DNA of 64,000 bases, from contig CAWGJT010000014.1 of assembly GCA_963822965.1 (NCBI GenBank), positions 128,001 through 192,000 of the forward strand, given 5' to 3'. A model generated the notes under the pieces. It was not told the DNA's origin, did no database searches, and worked only from the letters and a program-made list of their open reading frames with translations. Positions within the stretch are counted from its first letter, which is position 1; each line of letters opens with the position of its first letter. Of the stretch, positions 13,790 through 23,898 are shown one piece after another. Source of the DNA: an uncultured delta proteobacterium. GTDB taxonomy: Bacteria; Myxococcota_A; UBA9160; UBA4427. A program made the position numbers and the translations under genes.

Positions 13790-15112
13790 TTGTATCGCCT
13801 CTTCTCTTGGGAGCACAGCTACTTCTCCGGCAAGGTCCGGGCCTACCTGCGGTACAAGCAGCGCATGGGGGGGCTCGCCCCCGGCTTCGAGGACGTGCTG
13901 GCGACCCCGGAGCTCCTGCAGGGCCTGCTGCTGCCCCGATCCGGCAGCGCGGCGGTCCCCCAGCTCGAGACCCCCGAAGGCACCTGGGTGCAGGACTCGA
14001 GCGAGATCATCGACCACTGCGAGGCCGCCCACCCCGATCCGGCCGTCACCCCCGACCCCCGCGAGCGACCGCGACAGGCGCTGGCGGCCCACCTCGTCGA
14101 GCTGCTGGCCGACGAGTGGCTGGTGGTTCCCGCCTTCTGGGAGCGCTGGTACTTCAGCGAAGACGGGCGGTCGCCGAGCCACCGGGGCTTCAACGAGCAG
14201 CAGTGGGGCGCGGTCTTCGCCGCCGGCGCGCCGGGAAGCGCGCGGAGGGCGGCGGGTGCCTTCGTGTTCGAGAACCTCTTCGGGATCTCCCACTCGCGCT
14301 CCGATCCGATGGGGGTCTACGCCGGGCTGGTGCACCTCGGTGTCAGCGCCGAGACCGAAGGCGCCTGGCAGGCGAGCCAGCACCGCATCCTCACCCGGCT
14401 GGAGACGCTCTTCGCCGAGCACGACTACGCGCTCGGCGGCCGGCCCAGCCTGGCGGACTTCGGGCTGATGGGACCGCTCTACGCGCATCTGTACCGGGAT
14501 GCGGTCTCGGGCTTCGCCCTGCGCACGCACTTCCCGCTGACCGCCGAGTGGGTGGAGCGGACGAACGGGGAGGGCGCCCTCAACGCCCGCACCTACGACC
14601 AGAAGCTCTACTCGCTGGGCGCCGGGGGCGAGCTCGTCCCGCGTGCCGCCAACGGGGACGGCGCCGACTGGCTCCCGGACGACGCCCTGCCCGAGAGCCT
14701 GCTCCCGGTGCTCGCCGTCTTCTTCGAGGAGATGTGGCCGGTCCTGATCGACGCCATGGAGCGTCTGTCGGCCTTCATCGCGAGCGACGACTGCCCGCCG
14801 GACGGCGAGCTGCCGGGCAAGACCTTCTTCGCGACGCCGGGCTTCGAGCGGCACCAGACCGGCACCGGAGCGCTCACCCACGCGTACACCCTGGGCGGCG
14901 TGACCGGACGGCGGATGGTCGTCCCCTATCAGGTCTGGATGCTGGGGCGGCTCCTGCGGGTCCTCGACGTGGCGACGGCGACGCCGTCGGGCCGCGGGTC
15001 GGTGGAAGCGATGCTGGCCGGCATCGGCGGATCGGACCTGCTGAGCCTGCCCGACCGCATCGCGGGCTGCCGGGTGCGCAAGCAGGGAGCACGCCTGTAC
15101 GCGGACGTGTAG
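13790..15112 (+). CDS. Glutathione S-transferase family protein (long form)
   Basis: TTG after GGAGGA. Motifs SYFSGKVRAYLRYK, VPQL...DSSEII and GGRPSLADFGLMGPLYAHLYRD. Confidence 0.85.
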   Translation: MYRLFSWEHSYFSGKVRAYLRYKQRMGGLAPGFEDVLATPELLQGLLLPRSGSAAVPQLETPEGTWVQDSSEIIDHCEAAHPDPAVTPDPRERPRQALAAHLVELLADEWLVVPAFWERWYFSEDGRSPSHRGFNEQQWGAVFAAGAPGSARRAAGAFVFENLFGISHSRSDPMGVYAGLVHLGVSAETEGAWQASQHRILTRLETLFAEHDYALGGRPSLADFGLMGPLYAHLYRDAVSGFALRTHFPLTAEWVERTNGEGALNARTYDQKLYSLGAGGELVPRAANGDGADWLPDDALPESLLPVLAVFFEEMWPVLIDAMERLSAFIASDDCPPDGELPGKTFFATPGFERHQTGTGALTHAYTLGGVTGRRMVVPYQVWMLGRLLRVLDVATATPSGRGSVEAMLAGIGGSDLLSLPDRIAGCRVRKQGARLYADV

Positions 15113-15119
15113 CCCGGGG

Positions 15120-16562
15120 TCAGGCGCGGTTCGGGGCCGGGGCTCCCGATCGAGACGCCGCCAGATAGGCGAGCAGCCCGCAGGCCGCGCAGCTGAGCCC
15201 GACGGGCAGCACCAGTCCGGGGCCGTCGTAGAGCCAGGGCTCTGCGAACCACTCCCAGCCGAGGGACAGGTGCACGAGCCACAGGCCCGTCCCCACCCCC
15301 ATGGCCGCCAGCGCGGCGGCCTCTCCGCCCCGGCGGAACGCGAGCCCCATGGTCAGCGGCACGAGCAGGGAGACCAGCCCGATCTCGTAGGCGGACTCGA
15401 GCAGCGAGTAGGCGGTCTCGCCCAGGAAGGCCACGGTCAGGCTGGCGGCCGCGACGCCCAGCACGGCGGCCTCGTCCCGGCTGAAGCGTCCGCGCGCGCG
15501 GATGGCGGAGGTCGCGAGCAGGTTCTCGGCGATGACGCCGGCCGGGGCCAGGATCGCGCTGTCGATGGTCGAGAGCACCGCCGAGACCAGGGCCAGCACG
15601 AAGAGCACCGACACGACCGGGTGGACCAGCAGGTCGGCGAGCACCGGCAGGATCGCGCGCTCGTCTCCGGGCACGAGCAGGGCCGCCGCCAGCCCGAGGG
15701 CGATGGGGATCGCGCCGAAGAGCAGGTAGGCGATGCCCGCCAGCCAGCAAGCGCGGCGGGCCACGCGCTCCGAACGCGAGGACAGCACCCGCTGCATCAG
15801 ATCCTGCCCGGGCAGGTTGCCGAGGGCGCCGGCCGCCAGCAGGGAGAGCCAGCCGAGGAGGGACTCGAGGTCGTCCGTGGGCACCACGGCGAGGCGCGGT
15901 GCCGGCGTCTCCTGCACCAGCCGGAGCGAGCCGGCAGCGATCTCCCCATGACCGAGCGCCAGCAGGGCCATCACCAGCATCACCACCAGCCCCACGATCA
16001 GCAGCACCGCCTGCAGCGCGTCGGTGGCGGCCACCGACCACATGCCGCCGATCAGCGTGTAGCCCGCGCCGACCACCGCCACGAGCACGAGGCCCAGGGT
16101 GAAGTCGAGGCCCAGCAGCAGCTCGAGCACCGAGGCGAGCGCGACGAACTGCGCGGCGATCCAGCCGAAGTAGCCCGGCACCATCAGCACCCCGGCCACC
16201 TTCTCGGCCCGCGGTCCGAAGCGCACGCGATAGAAGTCGACCACGGTGAGCAGGCGCATGCGCCACAGAGGACCGGCGAAGAAGGCGCCCGCCAGGATCA
16301 GGCAGAGGCCCGCTCCGAGGGGGTCGAGGGCGGCCGCGCGGATGCCCTCGACGCGCACCTCCTGGGTGGCGACGAGCAGGGTTCCCGCCCCGAACCAGGT
16401 CGCGAAGAGGGTGGCCGTCGCCAGCGGCAGTCCGAGCCGCCGCCCGGCCACCAGGTAGTCCTCGCTCGTCTCCGTTCGGCCGCGCGCCCAGAAGGCGACC
16501 CCGAAGAGCACCACGACGTTGACGCCGAGCACGACGCCCATGAGCACGGGGTTGCCGAGCAT
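15120..16562 (-). CDS. Sodium:solute symporter (high-affinity choline transporter-like subfamily)
   Basis: Motifs DYLVAGRRL, ATWFGAG, YTLIGGMWSVAATD, QDLMQR and LSTIDSAILA; many TM helices. Confidence 0.88.
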   Translation of the reverse strand: MLGNPVLMGVVLGVNVVVLFGVAFWARGRTETSEDYLVAGRRLGLPLATATLFATWFGAGTLLVATQEVRVEGIRAAALDPLGAGLCLILAGAFFAGPLWRMRLLTVVDFYRVRFGPRAEKVAGVLMVPGYFGWIAAQFVALASVLELLLGLDFTLGLVLVAVVGAGYTLIGGMWSVAATDALQAVLLIVGLVVMLVMALLALGHGEIAAGSLRLVQETPAPRLAVVPTDDLESLLGWLSLLAAGALGNLPGQDLMQRVLSSRSERVARRACWLAGIAYLLFGAIPIALGLAAALLVPGDERAILPVLADLLVHPVVSVLFVLALVSAVLSTIDSAILAPAGVIAENLLATSAIRARGRFSRDEAAVLGVAAASLTVAFLGETAYSLLESAYEIGLVSLLVPLTMGLAFRRGGEAAALAAMGVGTGLWLVHLSLGWEWFAEPWLYDGPGLVLPVGLSCAACGLLAYLAASRSGAPAPNRA

Positions 16563-16632
16563 GAATCGCCTCCGGACGCGCGGGTGGGCGCCCGGCAGGG
16601 TGGCACGAGTTCCGCCGCTTGGGCAGGCGGGC

Positions 16633-16790
16633 AGAGGCGGGCGGGCGGGACGGGTGAGAGAGGCGGGCGGGCGGGACGGGTGAGAGAGGCGGGCGGGCGG
16701 GACGGGCGTAGAGAGGCGGGGCGGGCGGGACGGGTGAGAGAGGCGGGCGGGCGGGACGGGCGAGAGAGGCGGGCGGGCGGGGCGAACGGG
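16633..16790 (+). repeat. About 26-nt tandem repeat x6 (GAGAGAGGCGGGCGGGCGGGACGGGY); each unit is a G-quadruplex motif
   Basis: Units start at about 16633, 16656, 16682, 16708, 16736 and 16762. The last unit is degenerate. Confidence 0.92.
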
Positions 16791-16802
16791 ACGGGGCCCG
16801 CT

Positions 16803-18239
16803 TCAGGCGTGGATGGCGCGTCCGGCCACCGCGAGGGCGGCCTCCTTCAAGGCTTCTCCCATGGCGGGATGGGCGTGGGAGGTGCGCGCGATGTCCTCCG
16901 CCGAGGCCGCGAACTCCATCGCGATGACGGCCTCCTGCAGCAGGTCGCCGGCCAGCGGGCCCACGGCGTGCACGCCCAGCACGCGGTCCGTGCGCGCGTC
17001 GGCGATCACCTTCACCAGGCCGTCCGTCTCGCCGGTCGCCCGCGCACGGCTATTCGCCGAGAACGGAAACTTGCCCACCTTGTACTCGACGCCGGCCTCC
17101 CGCAGCGCCTCTTCGGTGCGCCCGACGCCCGCGACCTCGGGCCAGGTGTAGACGACGGACGGCACCCGGTCGTAGCTCACGTGCACGGGCCGGCCGGCGA
17201 TTCCCTCGGCGCAGGCGACGCCGTCCTCCTCGGCCTTGTGGGCCAGCATCGGGCCGGGAATGCAGTCGCCGATGGCGTAGAGGCCCGGCACGTTCGTGCG
17301 GAAGGCGTCGTCCACCCGGATCGCGCCCCGGTCGTCCCGCTCGACGCCCAGGGCTTCGAGCCCGAGGCCCGCCGTGAAGGGGCGCCTTCCGATGGAGACG
17401 AGCACGATCTCGGCCTCGACGGAGTCCCCGTCTCCTCCCTGCGCGGGCTCGACGGTGAGCCGCACGGGGCTCCCGCTGGCGTCCGCCGCCGTGACCCGGC
17501 TCGCCAGCCGGAACTCGAGGCCCTGACGTTTCAGGATGCGCTGGGTCTGCTTCGCGATCTCGAGGTCCATCCCCGGCAGGATGCGGTCCAGGAACTCGAT
17601 CACCGTGACCTTCGAGCCGAGCCGCGACCACACCGACCCCAGCTCGAGCCCGATGGCGCCGGCTCCCACCACGACGAGGCGCTCGGGCACCGATTCCAGG
17701 ACCAGGGCGCCGGTGGAGCTCACGATGCGCTTCTCGTCCACCTCGACGCCCGGCAGCGGCGTCGATTCCGAGCCGGTGGCGATCACCACATGCTGGGCCT
17801 CGAGGCTCTGGGCGCCGCCGTCTTCGCCGGCGACCTCCACCCGGCCCGGCGCGGGAAGGCTCGCCGCGCCGCGCACGTACTCGACGCCGTTCTTCGAGAA
17901 CAGGAACTCGATGCCCTTCGTGAGCCCTTCCACCACCTTCTGCTTGCGGGCCATCATGCGCGCGAGGTCCAGGGTGACGCCGTCGATGGCGATGCCGTGC
18001 TCGGCCAGCCCGTGGCGCGCCTCGGCGAACCGCTCCGAGGAGTGGAGCAGCGCCTTCGAGGGGATGCAGCCGACGTTCAGGCAGGTGCCGCCGAGGACGC
18101 CGCGCTTCTCGACGCAGGCCGTCCGGAGGCCCAGCTGGGCGGCGCGGATGGCGGCTACGTAGCCGCCGACACCGCCGCCGATGATCACCACGTCGTAGCG
18201 GGATTCGGACACGGGGGAACCTCGACTCTCCGGGGTCAC
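16803..18239 (-). CDS. lpdA: Dihydrolipoyl dehydrogenase (E3)
   Basis: Motifs [31 protein letters not shown] and HAHP. Alternative start GTG 18212. Confidence 0.96.
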   Translation of the reverse strand: MTPESRGSPVSESRYDVVIIGGGVGGYVAAIRAAQLGLRTACVEKRGVLGGTCLNVGCIPSKALLHSSERFAEARHGLAEHGIAIDGVTLDLARMMARKQKVVEGLTKGIEFLFSKNGVEYVRGAASLPAPGRVEVAGEDGGAQSLEAQHVVIATGSESTPLPGVEVDEKRIVSSTGALVLESVPERLVVVGAGAIGLELGSVWSRLGSKVTVIEFLDRILPGMDLEIAKQTQRILKRQGLEFRLASRVTAADASGSPVRLTVEPAQGGDGDSVEAEIVLVSIGRRPFTAGLGLEALGVERDDRGAIRVDDAFRTNVPGLYAIGDCIPGPMLAHKAEEDGVACAEGIAGRPVHVSYDRVPSVVYTWPEVAGVGRTEEALREAGVEYKVGKFPFSANSRARATGETDGLVKVIADARTDRVLGVHAVGPLAGDLLQEAVIAMEFAASAEDIARTSHAHPAMGEALKEAALAVAGRAIHA

Positions 18240-19660
18240 AGATCGAGCATCAGGCGCTCGGGGTCCTCGATGCCCTGCTTCACCTTCACGAGGAAGGTCA
18301 CCGCCTCGCGACCGTCGATCAGCCGGTGGTCGTAGGAGAGGGCCACGTACATCATCGGGCGGATCACCACCTGGCCGTCCACGGCCACCGGGCGATCCTC
18401 GATCTTGTGCAGGCCAAGGATCGCGGACTGCGGGCGGTTCAGGATGGGCGTCGACAGCAGCGAGCCGAAGACGCCGCCGTTCGTGATGCTGAACGTGCCC
18501 CCGCTCATCTCCTCGATCGCCAGGGTGCCCTCTCGCGCCTTGCGGGCCAGCCGGGCCAGGTCCGCCTCGATCTCCGCGAACGACCTCGCGTCGCAGTCCC
18601 GGATGACGGGCACCACCAGCCCGCTCTCGGAAGATACCGCCATGCCGATGTCGTAGTGGTTCTTGTAGACGATCTGCTCGCCGTCGATCTCGGCGTTCAC
18701 CTCGCGGATCTCGCGCAGGGCGGCCACGCAGGCCTTGGCGAAGAAGGAGGTGAAGCCGAGGCGGACGCCGTGCTTCTCCTCGAAGGCTTCCCGGTGCTTG
18801 GCGCGCAGCGTGATGACCGCGCTCATGTCCACCTCGTTGAAGGTGGTGAGGATGGCGGCCGTCTCCTGGGCCTCCTTGAGCCGCGCGGCGATGGTGCGGC
18901 GCATGCGGCTCATCTTGACCCGCTCTTCCCGGGGCGCGGCGGCCTTCGCAGCCGGGGGCCGCGCCGACGCCGGGGACGGAGGAGACGGCTCGCGCCCGGG
19001 TGCCGCCTCGGACGCCGGGCGTCCGGCGCCTGCATGCTCGAAGGCGCCCGCGTGCTCGAGGGCGCCTGCGTGCTCGAGATAGCCCAGCACGTCCTCGCGC
19101 GTCACCCGCCCGCCCTTTCCGGTGCCCGGGATGCGTGCCGGGTCGAGGTCGTGCTCCTCGAGCAGCAGCCGCACGGCGGGGCCGAGCTGCTCCCGGGCGA
19201 TGCCGAGGCCGGCCTCTAGATCTGGGCGACCGACGGGACCGCTCTCGGGGAAGCGCGCCGGCTCGAGGTCGGCCGCGGGTGCGCCCGTGGATATGGCTTC
19301 CTCCTCGACGGCGGGAGGGGGCTCCTTCGCGTCCGCAGGCGCTCCCGCCGCGGGCTTCTCCCCGGCGGCCGCCGACTTCTTCTTGGCTGATCGCTTCGAG
19401 GTGGCGGCCGGACGGGCGACCTCACCTTCCTCGAGGCGCGCGAGCAAAGCGCCGATCTCCACGTCCTCGCCCTCGGCGACGAGGATCTCCCCCATCACGC
19501 CGGCCTTGGGAGCGGGCAGCTCGACGGTGGCCTTGTCGGTCTCGAGCTCGACGATGGGCTCGTCGGCGGCGACGGCATCGCCCGGCTGCTTGAGCCAGGC
19601 TGCAACCGTGGCCTCGGTGATCGACTCCCCGAGCTCGGGTACCACGATGTCGATGGACAC
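18236..19660 (-). CDS. sucB: 2-oxoglutarate dehydrogenase E2, dihydrolipoamide succinyltransferase
   Basis: GTG 19660 after AGGAAGGAG. Lipoyl motif ETDKAT, E3-binding domain [13 protein letters not shown], catalytic [10 protein letters not shown]. Confidence 0.96.
   Translation of the reverse strand: MSIDIVVPELGESITEATVAAWLKQPGDAVAADEPIVELETDKATVELPAPKAGVMGEILVAEGEDVEIGALLARLEEGEVARPAATSKRSAKKKSAAAGEKPAAGAPADAKEPPPAVEEEAISTGAPAADLEPARFPESGPVGRPDLEAGLGIAREQLGPAVRLLLEEHDLDPARIPGTGKGGRVTREDVLGYLEHAGALEHAGAFEHAGAGRPASEAAPGREPSPPSPASARPPAAKAAAPREERVKMSRMRRTIAARLKEAQETAAILTTFNEVDMSAVITLRAKHREAFEEKHGVRLGFTSFFAKACVAALREIREVNAEIDGEQIVYKNHYDIGMAVSSESGLVVPVIRDCDARSFAEIEADLARLARKAREGTLAIEEMSGGTFSITNGGVFGSLLSTPILNRPQSAILGLHKIEDRPVAVDGQVVIRPMMYVALSYDHRLIDGREAVTFLVKVKQGIEDPERLMLDL
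19025..19078 (-). repeat. In-frame 18-nt repeat x3 in the SucB linker (L/F-EHAGA)
   Basis: GGCGCCTGCATGCTCGAA / GGCGCCCGCGTGCTCGAG / GGCGCCTGCGTGCTCGAG. Confidence 0.85.
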
Positions 19661-19701
19661 GACGGCTCCTTCCTGACGCGTTGCGCCGGACCTGGACGGC
19701 G

Positions 19702-22608
19702 CTACTTCCGCTCCCGTTCGGTGCTGATCGCGACGCGATGGGCGAGTCGGCCCATCGGCTGGACGTCGAGGCTCAGGGCCTCGTCCACGAGGCGGATCTG
19801 CTCGGCCGCATGATCCGACGCGAGCCCCGTCGCCGGCGAGGCCGACGTCTCGCGGCCGGCGTAGCGCGGCTCCGGATGCTCGCACCCGATGCTGCGCGCG
19901 ACCTCCGGCAGCAGGTCCTGCATGAAGTCCCAAGCGCCCATGTTGCGGGGCTCTTCCTGGCACCACACGAGCTTGCAGTGACGGTAGGACTCCAGCTCGT
20001 TCTTGAGCGCGTCGAGCGGGAAGGGGTAGAGCTGCTCGATGCGCAGGAGGTGCACGTCCTGGATGCCGTGCTTCTCGCGCTCCTCGAGCAGGTCGTAGTA
20101 GACCTTTCCGCTGCACAGGACGAGCTGTCGCGCCTCCCCGGGCGGGCACGGAAGCTCGTCGCAGTGGAGCACCCGGTGGAACCCGCTGTCGGGACCCAGG
20201 TCGGCGAGCGTCGAGACGACGCGCTTGTGGCGCAGCAGCGACTTGGGCGACATGACGATCAACGGCTTGCGGAACGCGCGGTGCATCTGCCGGCGCAGGA
20301 CGTGGAAGTAGTTGGCCGGCGTCGTGCAGTTCACCACCTGCAGGTTGTCCTCGGCGCACAGCTGCAGGAAGCGCTCGAGGCGCGCCGAGGAGTGCTCCGG
20401 GCCCTGCCCCTCGAAGCCGTGGGGCAGCAGCATCACGAGACCGCACATGCGCAGCCACTTCTCTTCGGCCGCCGCCAGGAACTGGTCGATGATCACCTGG
20501 GCGCCGTTGGCGAAGTCCCCGAACTGCGCCTCCCACAGCACCAGCGTCTTGGGCGACGTGATCGCATAGCCGTACTCGAACCCGAGCACGCCGAACTCGC
20601 TGAGGGGACTGTCGAACACCTCCACGCGCGCCTGATCGTCGCGGATGTGGTCCAGCGCCACGTAGCGCTCCTCGGTGTCCTGGTCGATCCACGCGGCGTG
20701 ACGCTGGGAGAACGTGCCGCGGCTGGCGTCCTCGCCGGAGAGCCGCACGGGCGTCCCCTCGATGGCCAGGGTGCCGAAGGCCAGCGCCTCGGCGGTGGAC
20801 CAGTCGATTCCCTCGCCGCTCTCGAACATCTCGCGCTTGCGCTTCAGGATGCGCTCGAGCTTGCGGTTGAGCGCGAAGCCCCGCGGAACCGTGGTGAGGG
20901 TGCGTCCCACCTCGCGCAGGACCTCCGCTGCCACTCCCGTCAGGCCGCGGCGCGCGTCGTAGCCCCGGGCGGGCTCGAGCCCCGACCAGGCGCCCTCGAG
21001 CCAGTCCCACTTCACGTTCTTGTAGGTGGAGGCGGTCTCGTACGCCTTCTCGAGACGTTCCTCGACCCGCGCGACGATGGCGTCGGCCTCTTCGGCGCTC
21101 AGCACCCCTTCCGAGACGAGCTGGCCCGCGTAGATGGCGCGGGTGGTGGGCTGCTTGGCGATCCGCGCGTACATGAGGGGCTGGGTGAACGCCGGCTCGT
21201 CGCTCTCGTTGTGCCCGTGCCGCCGGTAGCAGTAGATGTCGAGGATGACGTCCTTCTTGAAGCGGGCGCGGTAGGCGGCCGCGACCCCGGCGGCCCGGAC
21301 CACGTCCTCGGGCGAGTCGCCGTTCACGTGCAGCACCGGGGCCTGGATCATCTTGGCGACGTCCGAGCAGTAGGGGCTCGAGCGGCCGCGGGACGGATTC
21401 GTGGTGAAGCCGATCTGGTTGTTGATGATGACGTGGACGATGCCGCCCGTGCGGTAGCCCGGCAGATCGCAGAACTGCAGCGTCTCGGGGACGGTTCCCT
21501 GGCCGGCGAACGCGGCGTCCCCGTGCAGGAGCAGCCCCATGGAGCGCCGGTGCTCCACGTCGCCCATCTGCGCCTGGCGTGCCCGGACGCGCCCGGCTAC
21601 CACCGGGTCCACGGCCTCGAGGTGCGACGGGTTCGGGGTGAGCGAGAGGTGGACCTTGCGGCCGTTCACGTCCCGGTCGGTGGAGGTCCCCAGGTGGTAC
21701 TTGACGTCGCCGCCGCCCTGGAAGTCGTCGGGCATCGCCGAGCCGCCGTGGAACTCCGAGAAGATGGCCTCCAGCGGCTTCTGCATCAGGTTCGTGAGCA
21801 CGTTCAGGCGCCCGCGATGCGCCATGCCGATGATGATGTCCTCGACGCCCTGCTCGGTGCATAGGCGCACGATGGTCTCGAGCGCGGGCATGACCGACTC
21901 GGCGCCCTCGAGGCCGAAGCGCTTGGTGCCCTTGTACTTCTTGTCGAGGAAGCGCTCGAAGACCTCGGCCGACGTGAGGGCCTGGAGGATCTCCAGACGG
22001 GCCTGGGGCCGCAGGCGGCTGCGATGGGAGACGCCATCCAGATGCTGCTGGATCCAGGTGCGCTCGACGGGGTTCTGGATGTGCATGTACTCGATGCCGA
22101 GCTTCCCGCAGTAGTTGCGGCGCAGGACGCCGTAGATCTCCCGCAGGGTGGCGGTCTCGAGCCCCAGCTGGCCGTCGATGAAGATCGGCCGGTCCCAGTC
22201 GTCTTCGTCGAAGCCGTAGCTGGCGGGGTCGAGGTCGGGCTGGGGCGCGCGCTCGCTCCGCTCCAGGGGATCGAGGTCGGCTTCGAGATGGCCGCGGACC
22301 CGGTAGGCACGGATCAGCATGATGGCCCGCACGGAATCCCGGGCGGCCGCGAAGGCGTCGGCGGTGTCGAGCGGTCGGCCCCCCGACTCGACGAGGGCGC
22401 CCTCCCGCCCGCCAGTGCTCGGGCCCGGATGGGCTTCGGCTCCCGGCTCGGCCAGCGAGGCGAGCCAGCTCCGGGCGTCGTCGTCGAGGCGCTCGAAGAG
22501 GTCGCGCCACTGAGCGGGGGTGGATTCCGGATCCTGCTGCCAGCGGGTGTAGAGGCCCGCGAGGGCGAGTGCGTCGGGGGTCCGCTGTGGAGATCTGCGG
22601 TCGGTCAT
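19702..22608 (-). CDS. sucA: 2-oxoglutarate dehydrogenase E1
   Basis: Motifs [24 protein letters not shown], ThDP motif [18 protein letters not shown] and GPEHSSAR. Start ATG 22608. Confidence 0.96.
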   Translation of the reverse strand: MTDRRSPQRTPDALALAGLYTRWQQDPESTPAQWRDLFERLDDDARSWLASLAEPGAEAHPGPSTGGREGALVESGGRPLDTADAFAAARDSVRAIMLIRAYRVRGHLEADLDPLERSERAPQPDLDPASYGFDEDDWDRPIFIDGQLGLETATLREIYGVLRRNYCGKLGIEYMHIQNPVERTWIQQHLDGVSHRSRLRPQARLEILQALTSAEVFERFLDKKYKGTKRFGLEGAESVMPALETIVRLCTEQGVEDIIIGMAHRGRLNVLTNLMQKPLEAIFSEFHGGSAMPDDFQGGGDVKYHLGTSTDRDVNGRKVHLSLTPNPSHLEAVDPVVAGRVRARQAQMGDVEHRRSMGLLLHGDAAFAGQGTVPETLQFCDLPGYRTGGIVHVIINNQIGFTTNPSRGRSSPYCSDVAKMIQAPVLHVNGDSPEDVVRAAGVAAAYRARFKKDVILDIYCYRRHGHNESDEPAFTQPLMYARIAKQPTTRAIYAGQLVSEGVLSAEEADAIVARVEERLEKAYETASTYKNVKWDWLEGAWSGLEPARGYDARRGLTGVAAEVLREVGRTLTTVPRGFALNRKLERILKRKREMFESGEGIDWSTAEALAFGTLAIEGTPVRLSGEDASRGTFSQRHAAWIDQDTEERYVALDHIRDDQARVEVFDSPLSEFGVLGFEYGYAITSPKTLVLWEAQFGDFANGAQVIIDQFLAAAEEKWLRMCGLVMLLPHGFEGQGPEHSSARLERFLQLCAEDNLQVVNCTTPANYFHVLRRQMHRAFRKPLIVMSPKSLLRHKRVVSTLADLGPDSGFHRVLHCDELPCPPGEARQLVLCSGKVYYDLLEEREKHGIQDVHLLRIEQLYPFPLDALKNELESYRHCKLVWCQEEPRNMGAWDFMQDLLPEVARSIGCEHPEPRYAGRETSASPATGLASDHAAEQIRLVDEALSLDVQPMGRLAHRVAISTERERK

Positions 22609-22895
22609 GCTCCAGGCTCCGATCGGGGAGGGATGAGGCGATGTGGTGCGGTGGGGAGGGTAACACTCCGCGCGCACGCAGTCGTTTTGCGGCGCCGAGA
22701 GTGCCTCTGCCGCCCGCTCGCCGACGTCTCGGCAGCCGCTGCGCAGGCCGCCTGCGCCGGCGATACGCGTGCTTGCAGCGGCGAGATCGTGCGGTGTAAG
22801 GCGCACATTTCCCGCGCAGGACGTCCTGGGGAGGGTATGCTCTGCCGCGGCGGGTCTCGACGGCCCGCCCGGTGACGCCCCACTCGGCGAGGCGC

Positions 22896-22904
22896 ATTGT
22901 ACCA
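22896..22904 (-). promoter_or_regulatory. Candidate extended -10 promoter (TGGTACAAT) for sucA
   Basis: Near-consensus TGnTAcAAT on the minus strand in a GC-rich intergenic region. Confidence 0.4.
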
Positions 22905-23069
22905 GCGCCGGCCTCCGATGGGTTTCTCGTTGCCGCTGGCTGGCTCCGGCGCGTGGCGCGCGCCTTGCAGTGCTTTCCGGTGGGAGTGTAGAAGTCGTCG
23001 AGGTCGCCGAGCAGCGTCGAGCGTCGTCCGGCTTCGTGATCGGACGATCAAACCAGGGAGGGCAGGGAC

Positions 23070-23679
23070 ATGGCGGCAAGCAAGAAGAGAGAAAGAGAAG
23101 AGCAAGAAGAAGAGCAAGAAGAAGGTCGCTCGCAAGACCACCCGCAAGAAGGCCGGGCAGTCTGCGCTGGCCCGGCTCGAATCGGAGCTCCCGAAATCGC
23201 TTCGCGACTACCGCAAGGAGGTGCAGAAGAACCTCAACCAGCTCGAACGGCAGATCGAGAAGGCGGTCCCGCGGGCGCGGCGCAACCTGGCACGGCTCAT
23301 CCGAGACGCCAGCCACGAGCTCGGCCGGCTCGAGGAACGGGGCGAGGCGGCCTGGCGGAAGCGGGCCACGCGCATGACGAAGGACGCCCAGTCGCTGCTG
23401 CGGCGGCTCGAACGAGCGGTGGCACCGCCCAAGAAGAAGGCGAAGAAGAAGACCACGAAGAAGAAGAAGAAGACGGCAAAGAAGAAGACGTCGCGCAGCC
23501 CAGCCCGAAAGGCGACCCGGAAGGCGGCCGCGAAGCCCGCGGCGGCACCGCCGGCAAAGCCCGAGGCCAGCCCGGTTGCGAGGCCGCCCCTCGCATCGGT
23601 TCCGAGCCCGCAGCCGTCGGAGGTCCCGGCCATCCTAGAGGACGAGCCGGCTCGCCCGATCGTTCCGCCTTTTTCTTAG
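23070..23679 (+). CDS. Lys-rich histone H1-like/phasin-like protein with an apparent +1 frameshift near 23088
   Basis: ATG 23070 with a GGAGG SD gives MAASKK. The coherent protein continues in the +1 frame: KSKKKSKKKVARK, an amphipathic helical core, then KKKAKKKTTKKKKK...AAKPAAAP. Confidence 0.75.
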
Positions 23680-23768
23680 GGCTCCGGCGTCCTCTAGGGT
23701 CCTCCGGCGTCTTCTAGGGCTCCGGCGTCTTCTTAGGGGCTCCGGCGTCTGCCTGAGGTTCCGGCGGC
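23676..23768. repeat. Imperfect 18-20-nt direct repeats x5 (TAGGGCTCCGGCGTCYTC)
   Basis: Core CTCCGGCGTC at 23682, 23702, 23720 and 23740; a degenerate copy at 23759. Confidence 0.85.
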
Positions 23769-23787
23769 TGGCATCTCGCGGCACCGT

Positions 23788-23830
23788 CCTGGACACCCCG
23801 GGTCCGGCATCCGGCCCCGGGGTGTCCGGG
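23788..23830. terminator. Strong GC-rich hairpin (possible terminator or RNA-stabilising stem)
   Basis: GGACACCCCGGG...CCCGGGGTGTCC perfect 12-bp inverted repeat with an inner CCGG-CAT-CCGG. No U-tract follows. Confidence 0.5.
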
Positions 23831-23898
23831 TCGGGCCGGCTCGGGGCCGGCACCCGCCCGGCTTGCGGGCTGCTCGTAGGAGTCACGGGGGGCCCGGC

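Noticed and set aside
22897..23069. N-terminal extension of the Lys-rich ORF from TTG 22897
   Set aside because: It overlaps promoter-like sequence and looks non-coding. ATG 23070 has the SD.
16621..23830. The repeat arrays at 16.6 kb and 23.7 kb as CRISPR
   Set aside because: No unique spacers and no cas genes.
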